Below the pieces are notes generated by a model, which did no database searches, was not told the DNA's origin, and saw only the letters and a list, made by a program, of their open reading frames with translations. A stretch of 64,000 bases of DNA from a virus. Position 1 is the first letter of the stretch. Each line of letters begins with the position of its first letter. This document shows, piece by piece, positions 37,381 to 47,106 of this stretch. A program made the position numbers and the translations under genes. The stretch is taken from positions 77,676 through 141,675 of IMG/VR virus record IMGVR_UViG_3300000976_000011; one strand, 5' to 3'.

Positions 37381-37412
37381 GATAAATATTACTAAACATA
37401 TAAGAAAATAAG

Positions 37413-40301
37413 ATGGCATTTGATAGAACCTATAATTTTGATGTTCGAACTATTGTTAATAGTGAATGGGATATTGTTGATAGGGCTGGCGCCGTTCAAG
37501 GTAACTTGTCTAACGCCAACACTAATGGTGATATATGTTTCGAGACAAATGGAACAACATCAAATGGAACTGGGCCTACAGGCCCAGACACAGGATTTGC
37601 TGGATATATTGTTACAGAAGCATCAGGTCCAGTAGCATCAAGCACATGGTCAGTATCTACTGTAGCTGCTGAATCATTACTAGCTACTGAAGAAATAAAT
37701 TTTGAATTACTCAATAGTAAAGACGCTGATGCCGGAGCTCAGTTAATTATAGAGTATTCGACAAGTGCGAATCCAACCACTACTACTAATAATGATTGGA
37801 CGGTAATTACAACAATAGCCGCAACTGATGGAAATAATGCTTGGGTACTTGATTCAGGTTCTGTTAGTAACGTCGGTAGTACTTCAAATTTAAGATTTAG
37901 AATTAGATGGGATACACCTAATAGCTTTTCTAATGACATAGGTCTACAACAGTTTAGAATATTTACTACATCCACTGTAGTAGGAAATCCTCCAACCATA
38001 AACATCCCTGGTGATAATCCTCTTAATTTAACTGAGGGTGATGTTTATGTTGCTCCTATTGTAACTGCTAGTGATGTCGAAGACGGTGATTTAACAAGTT
38101 CAATAGTGATAACAGGTGATACTGTTGACACTGCTGTCACTGGTACTTATAGCGTAACATATACTGTTACTGATATAGACAATAATACTACCCAAGAAAT
38201 ATTATTTGTTAATGTATTAGCTCCTTCTCCATATCAGTTCATTCCAGCTAGTGACGTTTTCGTTAATTTTCCTACAGGCCCAAGTAATTGGTCCTTAAGT
38301 GGCAATATTATAACTCAAAGCGGCCAAGGAACTTTAGAAGGTTTAGAGGCTATAGCTGGAGTAAATGTCTGTGAAGTTTTAGGTAAAACTGTATACGATG
38401 TTGCTTCAGGTAATAGGCAATTAAATATCACGGGAACACTTTTCATAGACCCAGAAGTAGAAATGTTATTAATGGGTTATGATGGAACTACCGAATTATT
38501 TAATGTAATTAATAACGGAATCCTTGTTCTTGGTAGATTTATAGATCAATTAGGATTCCGTAGACATTCTATTGGTACTGCTATAGATTTTGAAAATACT
38601 CAAACGGTTGGTTCATTTATTGATAGAGTAAGTTTTGAAGATAATTCCACGCTACATTGGTTTGGTGGAACTGTTGCTCTAGAAGGCGGAAAGTTCGGAT
38701 TTTATGGCGACGATGTGACTGTTAGAATTTATAGTTTAGAGGCCAAACTCCTATTTAGAACTCAAAATGAACAGAATCAAATTAGACAAGAAACCGATGA
38801 TTTCATATCAGAATCTTTTGATTTCATAAATGGTGATTTCACTGTAGTAGGTACCCAACAACAACTAAATGGGTATAGACCTACTCATTGTACTGGCTCT
38901 TTGGCTTGGTCCAGCGCGACACCAAATGAAGATGTTTTTATTAGAAACTATGGAGGAGGTGGGCGCGGTAATATTGTTGATGGAAAACATTGGCAAGGCC
39001 AACGAGGCTATTTAATTAATTCAGAAAGCGGATCTAATTTGAATTCTGGACCTCATATAGTAGGTAATAATAGTTCTTTTGGCTCATATAGAATTGATCA
39101 AGAAATTCAATTTAATATACAAGATTCAAATAATCAACCAGTTTCTAATGCTTTAATTTTCATGCGGGATACTGATAACGGCGACCGCAGAATATATAAC
39201 GAAGAAGGAAACTTATTTGATGAATCGGGTGATCGAACATATGTTGAATTAACTAATACAGGCGGTAGTTCATCTGTTTTTCCAGTTAGAATAGCTAATC
39301 AGTTTGCAGCTAGAAATTTTGGCAGTGCAAACGATTCTATTAACACTGGTAGGTACGCCTGGGACCGCCGGGGCAAATCAAATGATACAAGTGATAGATT
39401 TGATTTTCATATTTGGGCTTATGGATTCAGATATCAATTAGTTCCAGATGTGGTTTTAAAGGGAGCAGGTGGTACTCAGATTAATATAACTTTACCAGTA
39501 CAACCTGAATTTACCGAACCTAATGAATCAGTGGCATTAAATTTTACTGAGTTTAATGTAGATGATTTATATGATAGATCAAGAGCCTGGAAATCAATTC
39601 CTGGAAATGAAGAGATACCGGCGGCTGATAGACCGTTAATAGATATTTCAGGAAGTAATCTGGATCTTAAAGAATATACTTTAGATTTTGGTCCTGGTTT
39701 TGATATTAATGGAACAACAATAACATTTAATCCTAAAAATAGTCTGATAGGGAATCAATTCACTGGAATTATTGCTAATGGAAATATTTTAACATTGAGA
39801 AATCAGGCGGATTTCGATCTTATATCTAATATGTCCTTTCCAAGCGGTACTATATTAGTTGATGCTGGTTCAGCCGATGCGGATTTCACTGTTGATTCGG
39901 CTAATATTAATGATATCATTAATATAGGAACAGGTATAGTCAATATCAATACTATTGGCGCCGCGTCTGTAACAACGAGCGAGCCTGGTCAAACTGCAGG
40001 CTTAATTAATATTGTAAATACTATTCAAATAACTATTAATGAATTATTGGGTAACGGCGAAGAAATACGAATTTTTAATAATACAGGAACACTACTAGAA
40101 CCAGTCGCTGGTGTTTTGGTTGCTGGAATAGAGAATAATTTTTCATCTAGTTTTAATTTTGAAGCGTCAGCGAATCAAGGAGTTATAATAGTAATAATAG
40201 ATAATGTATTACGTCCTATATTTAGACCTTTTATTGTACCTACAACTGATAGTAGTATTCAAATACCTCTAAATAGTAATGGTGTCTATCTAAACCCATA
40301 A
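37413..40301 (+). CDS. adhesin-like virion protein (MAM-like + DUF5011-like Ig + beta-rich domains)
   Basis: TTSNGTGP…GYIVTEAS MAM-like motif; PPTINIPGDNPL…TASDVEDGDLT…GTYSVTYTVTD Ig motif; ends GVYLNP. Confidence 0.7.
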   Translation: MAFDRTYNFDVRTIVNSEWDIVDRAGAVQGNLSNANTNGDICFETNGTTSNGTGPTGPDTGFAGYIVTEASGPVASSTWSVSTVAAESLLATEEINFELLNSKDADAGAQLIIEYSTSANPTTTTNNDWTVITTIAATDGNNAWVLDSGSVSNVGSTSNLRFRIRWDTPNSFSNDIGLQQFRIFTTSTVVGNPPTINIPGDNPLNLTEGDVYVAPIVTASDVEDGDLTSSIVITGDTVDTAVTGTYSVTYTVTDIDNNTTQEILFVNVLAPSPYQFIPASDVFVNFPTGPSNWSLSGNIITQSGQGTLEGLEAIAGVNVCEVLGKTVYDVASGNRQLNITGTLFIDPEVEMLLMGYDGTTELFNVINNGILVLGRFIDQLGFRRHSIGTAIDFENTQTVGSFIDRVSFEDNSTLHWFGGTVALEGGKFGFYGDDVTVRIYSLEAKLLFRTQNEQNQIRQETDDFISESFDFINGDFTVVGTQQQLNGYRPTHCTGSLAWSSATPNEDVFIRNYGGGGRGNIVDGKHWQGQRGYLINSESGSNLNSGPHIVGNNSSFGSYRIDQEIQFNIQDSNNQPVSNALIFMRDTDNGDRRIYNEEGNLFDESGDRTYVELTNTGGSSSVFPVRIANQFAARNFGSANDSINTGRYAWDRRGKSNDTSDRFDFHIWAYGFRYQLVPDVVLKGAGGTQINITLPVQPEFTEPNESVALNFTEFNVDDLYDRSRAWKSIPGNEEIPAADRPLIDISGSNLDLKEYTLDFGPGFDINGTTITFNPKNSLIGNQFTGIIANGNILTLRNQADFDLISNMSFPSGTILVDAGSADADFTVDSANINDIINIGTGIVNINTIGAASVTTSEPGQTAGLINIVNTIQITINELLGNGEEIRIFNNTGTLLEPVAGVLVAGIENNFSSSFNFEASANQGVIIVIIDNVLRPIFRPFIVPTTDSSIQIPLNSNGVYLNP

Positions 40302-40338
40302 TAAATAATAATATAATTTTTAAAATAAGAGAAATATT

Positions 40339-40635
40339 ATGAATAATGCCGATTTAACAGTACAATCATTAAGAGATTTACAACAAATAGCTCTTGATAG
40401 AAACACTTCGCCCGATAAAATGGTAAAGAAAATAGATTTTGTTATAGAGAGAGCTAACAGTGCATCTCAACAAATTAACTCTATAGAGTTAACGATTAAT
40501 AGAATTATAAATCAATTAGATGATATGGGATTATTTCAAGGCAAAATTATATCGGCGTTCACAGGTTTATCTATTGAAGAAGCAACTAAATTAGAAGGAA
40601 ATTTAGCAAAAGCTAAAAAGGAAATTATAAAATAA
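40339..40635 (+). CDS. hypothetical helical protein
   Basis: ORF after AATAAATA. Confidence 0.55.
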   Translation: MNNADLTVQSLRDLQQIALDRNTSPDKMVKKIDFVIERANSASQQINSIELTINRIINQLDDMGLFQGKIISAFTGLSIEEATKLEGNLAKAKKEIIK

Positions 40636-41133
40636 ATGCTTACTTTTAAAGGGGATGCTCGATTAATAGAATTAGATCCTAATACAACTGAAATTAATGT
40701 TCAGGATATATATAGTAGATATAAGGATTGGGTCCTAGATGATGAGGGAGCTAAGTGGGCAAATGCTATGACACCAGTTGGTGGGCAACCCATTGGTGGT
40801 GGGAGTTTCATTGCGCCATATATAGTATTGATAAATAATTGGAAAATTAAACCTTTTGAAGGAAATCACATTTTAACAGTTGTTGGAAATATAATTAGTG
40901 ACGACGAAAGTAATCCGTTCGTCGATACCGGTGGAGATTTTAACGTAACAATTAAAAATATTGTTTCTTCAAATACTATAGCAGTTGGCGGAGACAGATA
41001 TACGCTAGAACAAATAGCTCAAGAAGTTTGGGATTATAACTTATCTAATCACGATGAACAAAATTCAGTTGGTAATTATATAAGAAATAGACTATTAACA
41101 TTTGTTGATTGGTTTTCATTAAAGGATAAATAA
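40636..41133 (+). CDS. structural protein paralogous to the N-terminus of 35724
   Basis: VQDIYSRYKDW…LINNW vs LQCLYSFTLEEW…LVNGW. Confidence 0.6.
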   Translation: MLTFKGDARLIELDPNTTEINVQDIYSRYKDWVLDDEGAKWANAMTPVGGQPIGGGSFIAPYIVLINNWKIKPFEGNHILTVVGNIISDDESNPFVDTGGDFNVTIKNIVSSNTIAVGGDRYTLEQIAQEVWDYNLSNHDEQNSVGNYIRNRLLTFVDWFSLKDK

Positions 41134-41137
41134 TATT

Positions 41138-41521
41138 ATGAAAAGGTATAGACTAGATTTAAAAAGAGGAGAGAATTTTGAGTTTGAGATTTTCTATAAG
41201 GATAGAAATGCCGATGGAAGAGAATTTGATATTAACCTCGACGGCTCTAGAGTAAACGTAAATTGGGATGTTGTTTATTATAATTCTGACACTGAACGAT
41301 TAGAAAGATATATTCCAGCAGATGCATATAGTTTTGATAATTCTATTTTAAGAAATGGTTATATCCTTATAGAAATGGACCATCTTCAAACATTTGCTTT
41401 ACCAGAAACAAATAGTAATATTTCGTGGAATTTATGGGTTGAACATTCTGAAGCAAGATTTGATGTCGCATCAGGCAGTATAAGATTAATGGATTGGGAA
41501 AGATTCGTGGATCCAAGATAA
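41138..41521 (+). CDS. BppU-N-like adaptor (second copy)
   Basis: LKRGENF…INLDG…GYILIEM…QT pattern as in 34836. Confidence 0.55.
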   Translation: MKRYRLDLKRGENFEFEIFYKDRNADGREFDINLDGSRVNVNWDVVYYNSDTERLERYIPADAYSFDNSILRNGYILIEMDHLQTFALPETNSNISWNLWVEHSEARFDVASGSIRLMDWERFVDPR

Positions 41522-41579
41522 TGAAAAATAAAATAATAGTATATAGAAAAAATAATAAACCTATCATAATATATAGAAA

Positions 41580-42332
41580 ATGTTCAAATTAAGATCTAGA
41601 CAGCAATTAAGAGACTATATTCTTCAAGAATTAGGAGCTCCAGTAATTAATGTGGAACTTGATGTTGTCCATTTAGATAACGCTATTAATAAAGCTATCA
41701 ATTATTTTATAGATAGACATGATGATGGTATAGAAGAAATTTTTATACAAATACCAGTAGACGATTTTCTTAGAGAAGATGGTTATATAGAATTAGACGA
41801 TGAAATTGTAGGTATTCATTCTATTTTAGATGCAACAAGATCAGGGACAACTACATCTACTTCAGAACAACTGGAAAATCTTCATCATTTAGTTGCTAAC
41901 TCTGATATATTTACTGGAAAATCTATTAATATGGGTAGAATGGTTAATTATGTCAGAAGTAGACAGAGTATAGAAAATATAAAATATTTCTTTACTCCGT
42001 TTTATGATTTTGAATATAACAAAGTTACTAATAGACTTCATTTTAGAAATGACTTAACAAATATAAATATGTTAGGTGTTATAGTTTATAGAGCTATAGA
42101 TCCGTCATATGATGTTGATATATTTAATGATGAATGGATTAAAAGATATGCTACGGCTTTAGCTCATAGACAGTGGGGAGTTATATTAGACAAATATGAT
42201 AATATGAATATGCCTGGAGCAGGTAATATAAATGGTGCTGCTATATTAGCTGAAGGTAAAGAATTAGTAGCAGACGCTTTAGAAGAATTTTCAGAAAGGT
42301 ACGAAGTACCGCCAATGCCAAGAGTTGAATAA
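41580..42332 (+). CDS. 13: neck protein gp13
   Basis: LRDYILQELGAPVINVE…WIKRYATALAHRQWG…PGAGNING. Confidence 0.92.
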   Translation: MFKLRSRQQLRDYILQELGAPVINVELDVVHLDNAINKAINYFIDRHDDGIEEIFIQIPVDDFLREDGYIELDDEIVGIHSILDATRSGTTTSTSEQLENLHHLVANSDIFTGKSINMGRMVNYVRSRQSIENIKYFFTPFYDFEYNKVTNRLHFRNDLTNINMLGVIVYRAIDPSYDVDIFNDEWIKRYATALAHRQWGVILDKYDNMNMPGAGNINGAAILAEGKELVADALEEFSERYEVPPMPRVE

Positions 42333-42333
42333 C

Positions 42334-42777
42334 ATGATCAAGGAATTACAAAAAATATTAGAATCTGAACAGCTGGATGAAAAGAAATTTAATTTTAAAA
42401 GTTACATTAAGGGTCTAAAATTAAAATCATCTGATGAAAAGAAATTGATTGATTTTTTAAACAAAAATAAAGATGGAGTAGAGTCTGCTGAAGATATTTT
42501 TAGAGCAGCTACAGATCTTAAAATTAAATTAGATGAAGAAAATCTTAATGAAAATAGATTAAAAGTTTTTCAGGATAACAATTCTGACCGAGCAGGAAAA
42601 TCTCTATTAAATATAAAAAATAAAGAAGTATCAGGGAGCATAGTTTTAAGTAAATATGCATATGCTCATAAAGATGGTAAGCATTATAGATTAGTTGTGT
42701 TTGATGTAATTACAGATAAGCCTCAAAACATTTCACTAACTGCTCAAGAAATGAAAAATCTAAAAAAGATTAAATAA
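42334..42777 (+). CDS. internal head protein-like
   Basis: MIKELQKILE…LDE…LNE gp21-type cleavage motifs, basic body. Confidence 0.5.
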   Translation: MIKELQKILESEQLDEKKFNFKSYIKGLKLKSSDEKKLIDFLNKNKDGVESAEDIFRAATDLKIKLDEENLNENRLKVFQDNNSDRAGKSLLNIKNKEVSGSIVLSKYAYAHKDGKHYRLVVFDVITDKPQNISLTAQEMKNLKKIK

Positions 42778-42778
42778 T

Positions 42779-43408
42779 ATGGCTCTTAATTCATACTTTA
42801 AACAATTTCAAGGTCAAACCAATGAAGCGAATTTGTTTCAGAAGTTAACGACTGAGTATATACAAATTGGAGGAGTAGACTCTTATTATATTAAGAGAGA
42901 CATGGAAGATTTTGATGCTATCTTTAATGAAGATACCACGGTTGAATTTGGCGAAGGCCAATGTATTGAAATCTTTATAGAAAATTTTGAAGGATTTGAA
43001 GGTAATGATCTTATCTCTAAATTTGGCCTTGAGCTTTTAGATGAATTAAAATTTATAGTTTCTAAAGAGAGGTTTGTAGAAGAAATAGAGATGCCTGAAC
43101 CTAGAGAAGGCGATTTAATATATTTACCGCTTGCTGATAGATTATTCGAAATTAAATTTGTTGATGATGAACATTTAATGTATTCTTTAAATGATACTCG
43201 AAGTTTTTCTGTTACAGCTCAGATATTTGATTATTCTGGCGAAGAATTTAATACTGGAATAGAGGGATTAGACGAGTTAGATGAATTAGGTGATAATTTA
43301 GATTTTCAAAATACTGAAGCTGATGATGAAAATCAAGTGTTTGATGATGAAGACGATGGAATTGTAGACTTTACTGAAGAGAGCCCGTTCGGAACATTTG
43401 GAAGCTAG
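42779..43408 (+). CDS. 14: neck protein gp14
   Basis: EYIQIGG…YIKR…FEG.DLISKFG…PREGDLIYLP…FEIKFV…ESPFG. Confidence 0.92.
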   Translation: MALNSYFKQFQGQTNEANLFQKLTTEYIQIGGVDSYYIKRDMEDFDAIFNEDTTVEFGEGQCIEIFIENFEGFEGNDLISKFGLELLDELKFIVSKERFVEEIEMPEPREGDLIYLPLADRLFEIKFVDDEHLMYSLNDTRSFSVTAQIFDYSGEEFNTGIEGLDELDELGDNLDFQNTEADDENQVFDDEDDGIVDFTEESPFGTFGS

Positions 43409-43449
43409 TTTATAAATATAATATAATAGCTATAAATTACGAGATCTAA

Positions 43450-44199
43450 GTGTTTGAGAACAAAAGATTTTATCACGCTACTACTAAAAAGGTAATCACA
43501 GCCTTTGGTACGCTGTTTAATTCAATTAAAATTTTAAGAGAGAACGGAGATGAAATTTCTGTTCCTCTTTCTTATGCGCCAACACAACACTTTATAGAAA
43601 CATTAAATAAAGAAATTGATAAGCCAGGAGAAAGAATAAATAAACTTTTGCCTAGAATGTCTTTTGCTTTTAGTTCTCCAGAATATGATCCAACCAGAGA
43701 AACAGATTCTTTAGATGTTCTCACCTGTGTAGATGATTCAGGTGAGAGATGGCAATATCAACCAGTACCATATACTTATACAGTAACTATGAATGTATGG
43801 ACAAAATTTCTTGAAGACCAATATCAAATTATAGAACAAATTTTACCATATTTTAGACCTGATTTTAATGTAACAATCAACGATTCAGATTCTAATATGG
43901 GCATAAAACAAGATATAGCTTTTGAATTAATTTCAGTAGAAGATGAAGATACTTATGAAACTGCTGTAATAGATAATAGAACAATCATAACTACTTTAAC
44001 TTTTTCTGCTAAAGTATACTTTTATCCGCCAGTTGAATCAGGTGGTGTAGTTAAACATGTTATCATTAATGTTCAACCCAGCATTAATACAGGAGAACCT
44101 GCTCTTAAAGAAAGAATAGAATTTATCGTTGATCCGTTTGAAGCAAATCCAGATGATGTGTTTAATATATTAGAAACAACTACACAGGTATTTGAATAA
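43450..44199 (+). CDS. 15: tail sheath stabilizer/terminator gp15
   Basis: FYH…AFGTLFN…VPLSYAP…LPRMSF…PVPY…QIIEQILPYF.P. Confidence 0.93.
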   Translation: MFENKRFYHATTKKVITAFGTLFNSIKILRENGDEISVPLSYAPTQHFIETLNKEIDKPGERINKLLPRMSFAFSSPEYDPTRETDSLDVLTCVDDSGERWQYQPVPYTYTVTMNVWTKFLEDQYQIIEQILPYFRPDFNVTINDSDSNMGIKQDIAFELISVEDEDTYETAVIDNRTIITTLTFSAKVYFYPPVESGGVVKHVIINVQPSINTGEPALKERIEFIVDPFEANPDDVFNILETTTQVFE

Positions 44200-44651
44200 T
44201 GCGAGACTTATTAGGAAATAACATATCAGAAAGTTTAGACGACGAGTTTGATTTAGATGATCCGAATATGGTCGGTAAAGACATGGAAATTGTTGAAAAT
44301 ACATCTATTGCTAAAATCAAACATGGAGCAGTAGAAGTTAATCCACAAGATGCAGTAGAAGATTATGCTATAACAAGAACAACTCTTCAAGAAACACTAG
44401 AACAAAGTAGAGAAATACTTAAAACTGCATCAGAACTTTTAAAGGATAATCCGAATCCACAAACTTTAAAAGTAATTCCAAATTTAATAACAGCTATAAA
44501 TCAAACTACCGAAAGTTTATTTAATGTTCATATTAAGATATCAAATCAGGTAAAGAAAGAAAAAAATACAGAAGAATCTGATGAGTCACAAGGATTAACG
44601 ACAAAGGATTTTTTAAGGAAACATAAGGGGACAAAAACTGATGACGACTAG
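44199..44651 (+). CDS. 16: terminase small subunit gp16
   Basis: DAVEDYAITRTTL…P….V…TTKDF; position after gp15. Confidence 0.75.
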   Translation: MRDLLGNNISESLDDEFDLDDPNMVGKDMEIVENTSIAKIKHGAVEVNPQDAVEDYAITRTTLQETLEQSREILKTASELLKDNPNPQTLKVIPNLITAINQTTESLFNVHIKISNQVKKEKNTEESDESQGLTTKDFLRKHKGTKTDDD

Positions 44652-45009
44652 TGCAAATTCAGAAATATTATTATCAGAACTAAAGGTAGTTTTGGGTGAT
44701 CTTTATGATCAAAATGATAATAAAAATAAAGAACTAGTAGGTCTGATAAAATCTTTAGTTAAAAGAATAGAAAGTGCTGAACACGAATTATTTAATACTG
44801 AGGGATCTATCAATGAATTACGAGATAGAATCAGATCTTTAGAATATCATGCAAAACATGTAGATAATAAGCATGAAGCTATAGATTCTAATAAGGAAAA
44901 TAGAGCAGCCTTTTGGAGAGGTGTACTTTCTAAATTCGGTGGCGGGTTGCTTATAATGATAGCAACTTATGTTTCCACTAAATTAGGTTGGTTAAATGGC
45001 GGATTATAG
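44641..45009 (+). CDS. coiled-coil protein with C-terminal TM
   Basis: Heptads then FWRGVLSKFGGGLLIMIATYV. Confidence 0.55.
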   Translation: MTTSANSEILLSELKVVLGDLYDQNDNKNKELVGLIKSLVKRIESAEHELFNTEGSINELRDRIRSLEYHAKHVDNKHEAIDSNKENRAAFWRGVLSKFGGGLLIMIATYVSTKLGWLNGGL

Positions 45010-45595
45010 ATTATATGAAAAAATACAATATTCTAATAGATTACTTATAGATAATACTGTTAGAATAATATTTAGAGAGTATGTTAACAGAAATGCTAAT
45101 TACTTTTTTAGATATAGTATTCAAAATAGTCAAAGACCTGAACATATAGCATTTGACTTCTATGGGGATGCTCGTTTACATTGGATTATATTATTAGCTA
45201 ATAATATCATAGATCCATTTCATGATTGGCCTATGGATTATTCTGTATTCTTGGCTTATTTGGAAAATAAATATTTGCCTGAAAACTTAGAGCCGCATGA
45301 TTGGAATTCTTTCATCGATGAAGATGGAAATCCTATTCCAGACCCAGGAAATGATTTAGATAGAGCTAAATATGGAATAACAAATTTAGATTTTTATTTA
45401 GCTCAAATAAGGGAATATAGAAAGGATGGTGTTCGAATAAAACAACCAGGAAATATTGTAGACCAAAATTTATTTGGCGTTACTAATTTTATGTTTGAAG
45501 AACAATTAAATGAAGACAAAAGACTAATTCAGATACCATTACCTGAATTAATCGATACAGTTGAAAGGGACTTAATTAGACTTTTAGGAAATTAA
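44996..45595 (+). CDS. 53: baseplate wedge protein gp53
   Basis: RPEHIAFDFYGDARLHWIILLANNIIDPFHDWPM…EEQLNEDKRLI. Confidence 0.92.
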   Translation: MADYRLYEKIQYSNRLLIDNTVRIIFREYVNRNANYFFRYSIQNSQRPEHIAFDFYGDARLHWIILLANNIIDPFHDWPMDYSVFLAYLENKYLPENLEPHDWNSFIDEDGNPIPDPGNDLDRAKYGITNLDFYLAQIREYRKDGVRIKQPGNIVDQNLFGVTNFMFEEQLNEDKRLIQIPLPELIDTVERDLIRLLGN

Positions 45596-45664
45596 AACCT
45601 AAATGTTTTATCTAATGGATTATTAGAATTTTCGTTTTTAATTATTCCCATATAACTATTCATA
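45592..45664 (-). pseudogene. relic of a deleted HNH endonuclease gene
   Basis: CCATATAACTATTCATAAAA matches 3863-3882 with 1 mismatch; 19-aa remnant MGIIKN…DKTFRF. Confidence 0.6.
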
Positions 45665-45676
45665 AAAGGTAAAATT

Positions 45677-46843
45677 TTGCCAGAGATAAGCACAGATGTA
45701 CAAGATAATTATGAGTTATTAACTCTAGATCTTGATGGTACAGATATTAGAAATGAATTTATAGCAATTTCAATATATGAGAATATATTTGAGAATGATA
45801 TGACTCTGTCTATTGATTTCTTAGAAACAAAAAATTACTTAGAAATAAAACAGTTTCAAGAGGGCGTTACTTTAAATATAGAATATTTTAGTAAATATCC
45901 ACCAAGAATTAAACGGATGGATTTATTTAAAGCTGAATTTCAGTGTTATTCTACAGAAAGAGTTAAATCTCAGAATCAAGGTAAAAAGATTTATCGAATG
46001 CACTTTATAACTAAAGAGCAACACAATCAATCTAAAGTGTTAGTAAGCAGACCTTATAGAGATCAACCTACAACAGATATTATAACATCTTTATTTTCTT
46101 TTAGTAACCCAACAGTTCCTTTAGATATTGAACCTAGTGAAGATTTTGTACCTTTATTTGTTGTTCCTCAATGGAATCCATGGAAAACGATAAATCATTT
46201 ATCTAAAGATGCTTTAAAAGCTGATAAAAATGACTATGTATTTTTTAGAGATAAAGAAAAATATGTTTGTAAACCAATTTCTATTTTAATGGAAGAACCA
46301 TCTATACAAGAATATAGAATGGATCAAATGAATTTAAATTGGGAATACGATAAAACTGTTGAGCATGAAACTATTAAAACTTGGAAACAAGAAAAGGCTT
46401 TATGGAATTCATTAAAAAATATCAATAGCGGATTATATGGTTCTAGATTTCACAAATATAATGGTATAACTAAAATATCAGAATTTTTAGAATCTACGGG
46501 TAAGCCATCAGAATTTTCTAGTGAAGATAACCTTCACATATTTGATCATGATAATTATTTTAATAGAGAAAACATTGCTTTATATAGACAAGATAGACTT
46601 GAAAAAATTACAGCTATAAATGAAGAAAGACTTATAGTTGAAGTTAGATCTAATACTAATTTAACAGTTGGTAAAAATTTAGATATAAGAATACCAACTA
46701 CTAAAGAGTTAAGTATTATTGACGCAAATATAGCTAAAGAAGATGATGTAAGATTAACAGGAAAGTATTTAATATCTAAATTAAGACATCAGATTTCTAG
46801 ATCTGATGCATCTATGATATATGAAGTAATAAAAATAAGATAG
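45677..46843 (+). CDS. baseplate hub protein (gp27-like)
   Basis: ISIYENIF…PQWNPWKTINHL…YVFF…LTGKYLISKLRHQI; between gp53 and gp5. Confidence 0.75.
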   Translation: MPEISTDVQDNYELLTLDLDGTDIRNEFIAISIYENIFENDMTLSIDFLETKNYLEIKQFQEGVTLNIEYFSKYPPRIKRMDLFKAEFQCYSTERVKSQNQGKKIYRMHFITKEQHNQSKVLVSRPYRDQPTTDIITSLFSFSNPTVPLDIEPSEDFVPLFVVPQWNPWKTINHLSKDALKADKNDYVFFRDKEKYVCKPISILMEEPSIQEYRMDQMNLNWEYDKTVEHETIKTWKQEKALWNSLKNINSGLYGSRFHKYNGITKISEFLESTGKPSEFSSEDNLHIFDHDNYFNRENIALYRQDRLEKITAINEERLIVEVRSNTNLTVGKNLDIRIPTTKELSIIDANIAKEDDVRLTGKYLISKLRHQISRSDASMIYEVIKIR

Positions 46844-46954
46844 TAAAGTTTCTCTAGAGAAACTGCTCTGCGCAGCAGAGTTATATTATTAAAAGATTTA
46901 ATATAAGAAGAATTTTGTTTATTATATCAGTCGGTTCAAAAATAGATATAAAGA

Positions 46955-47098
46955 TTACAAATCTTTAATATTTTTTAGATCCTTTCTTAGTTGTTGCTTT
47001 TCCTTAGACCTTTTAGAAGACTTAGATTTTGTATGAGCTCCACCCTTCTTCATCAATGGATTTATAGCATGTTTGTGTCTTGGTTTTAGAGTATTCAT
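46955..47098 (-). CDS. 47-aa basic protein (…NPLMKKGGAHTKSK…), not in ORF track
   Basis: Open frame just downstream of the HNH gene. Confidence 0.6.
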   Translation of the reverse strand: MNTLKPRHKHAINPLMKKGGAHTKSKSSKRSKEKQQLRKDLKNIKDL

Positions 47099-47106
47099 AT
47101 TTGTTT

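Noticed and set aside
31741-40301. Diversity-generating retroelement acting on fibre genes
   Set aside because: No reverse transcriptase and no TR/VR repeat pair seen in the window.
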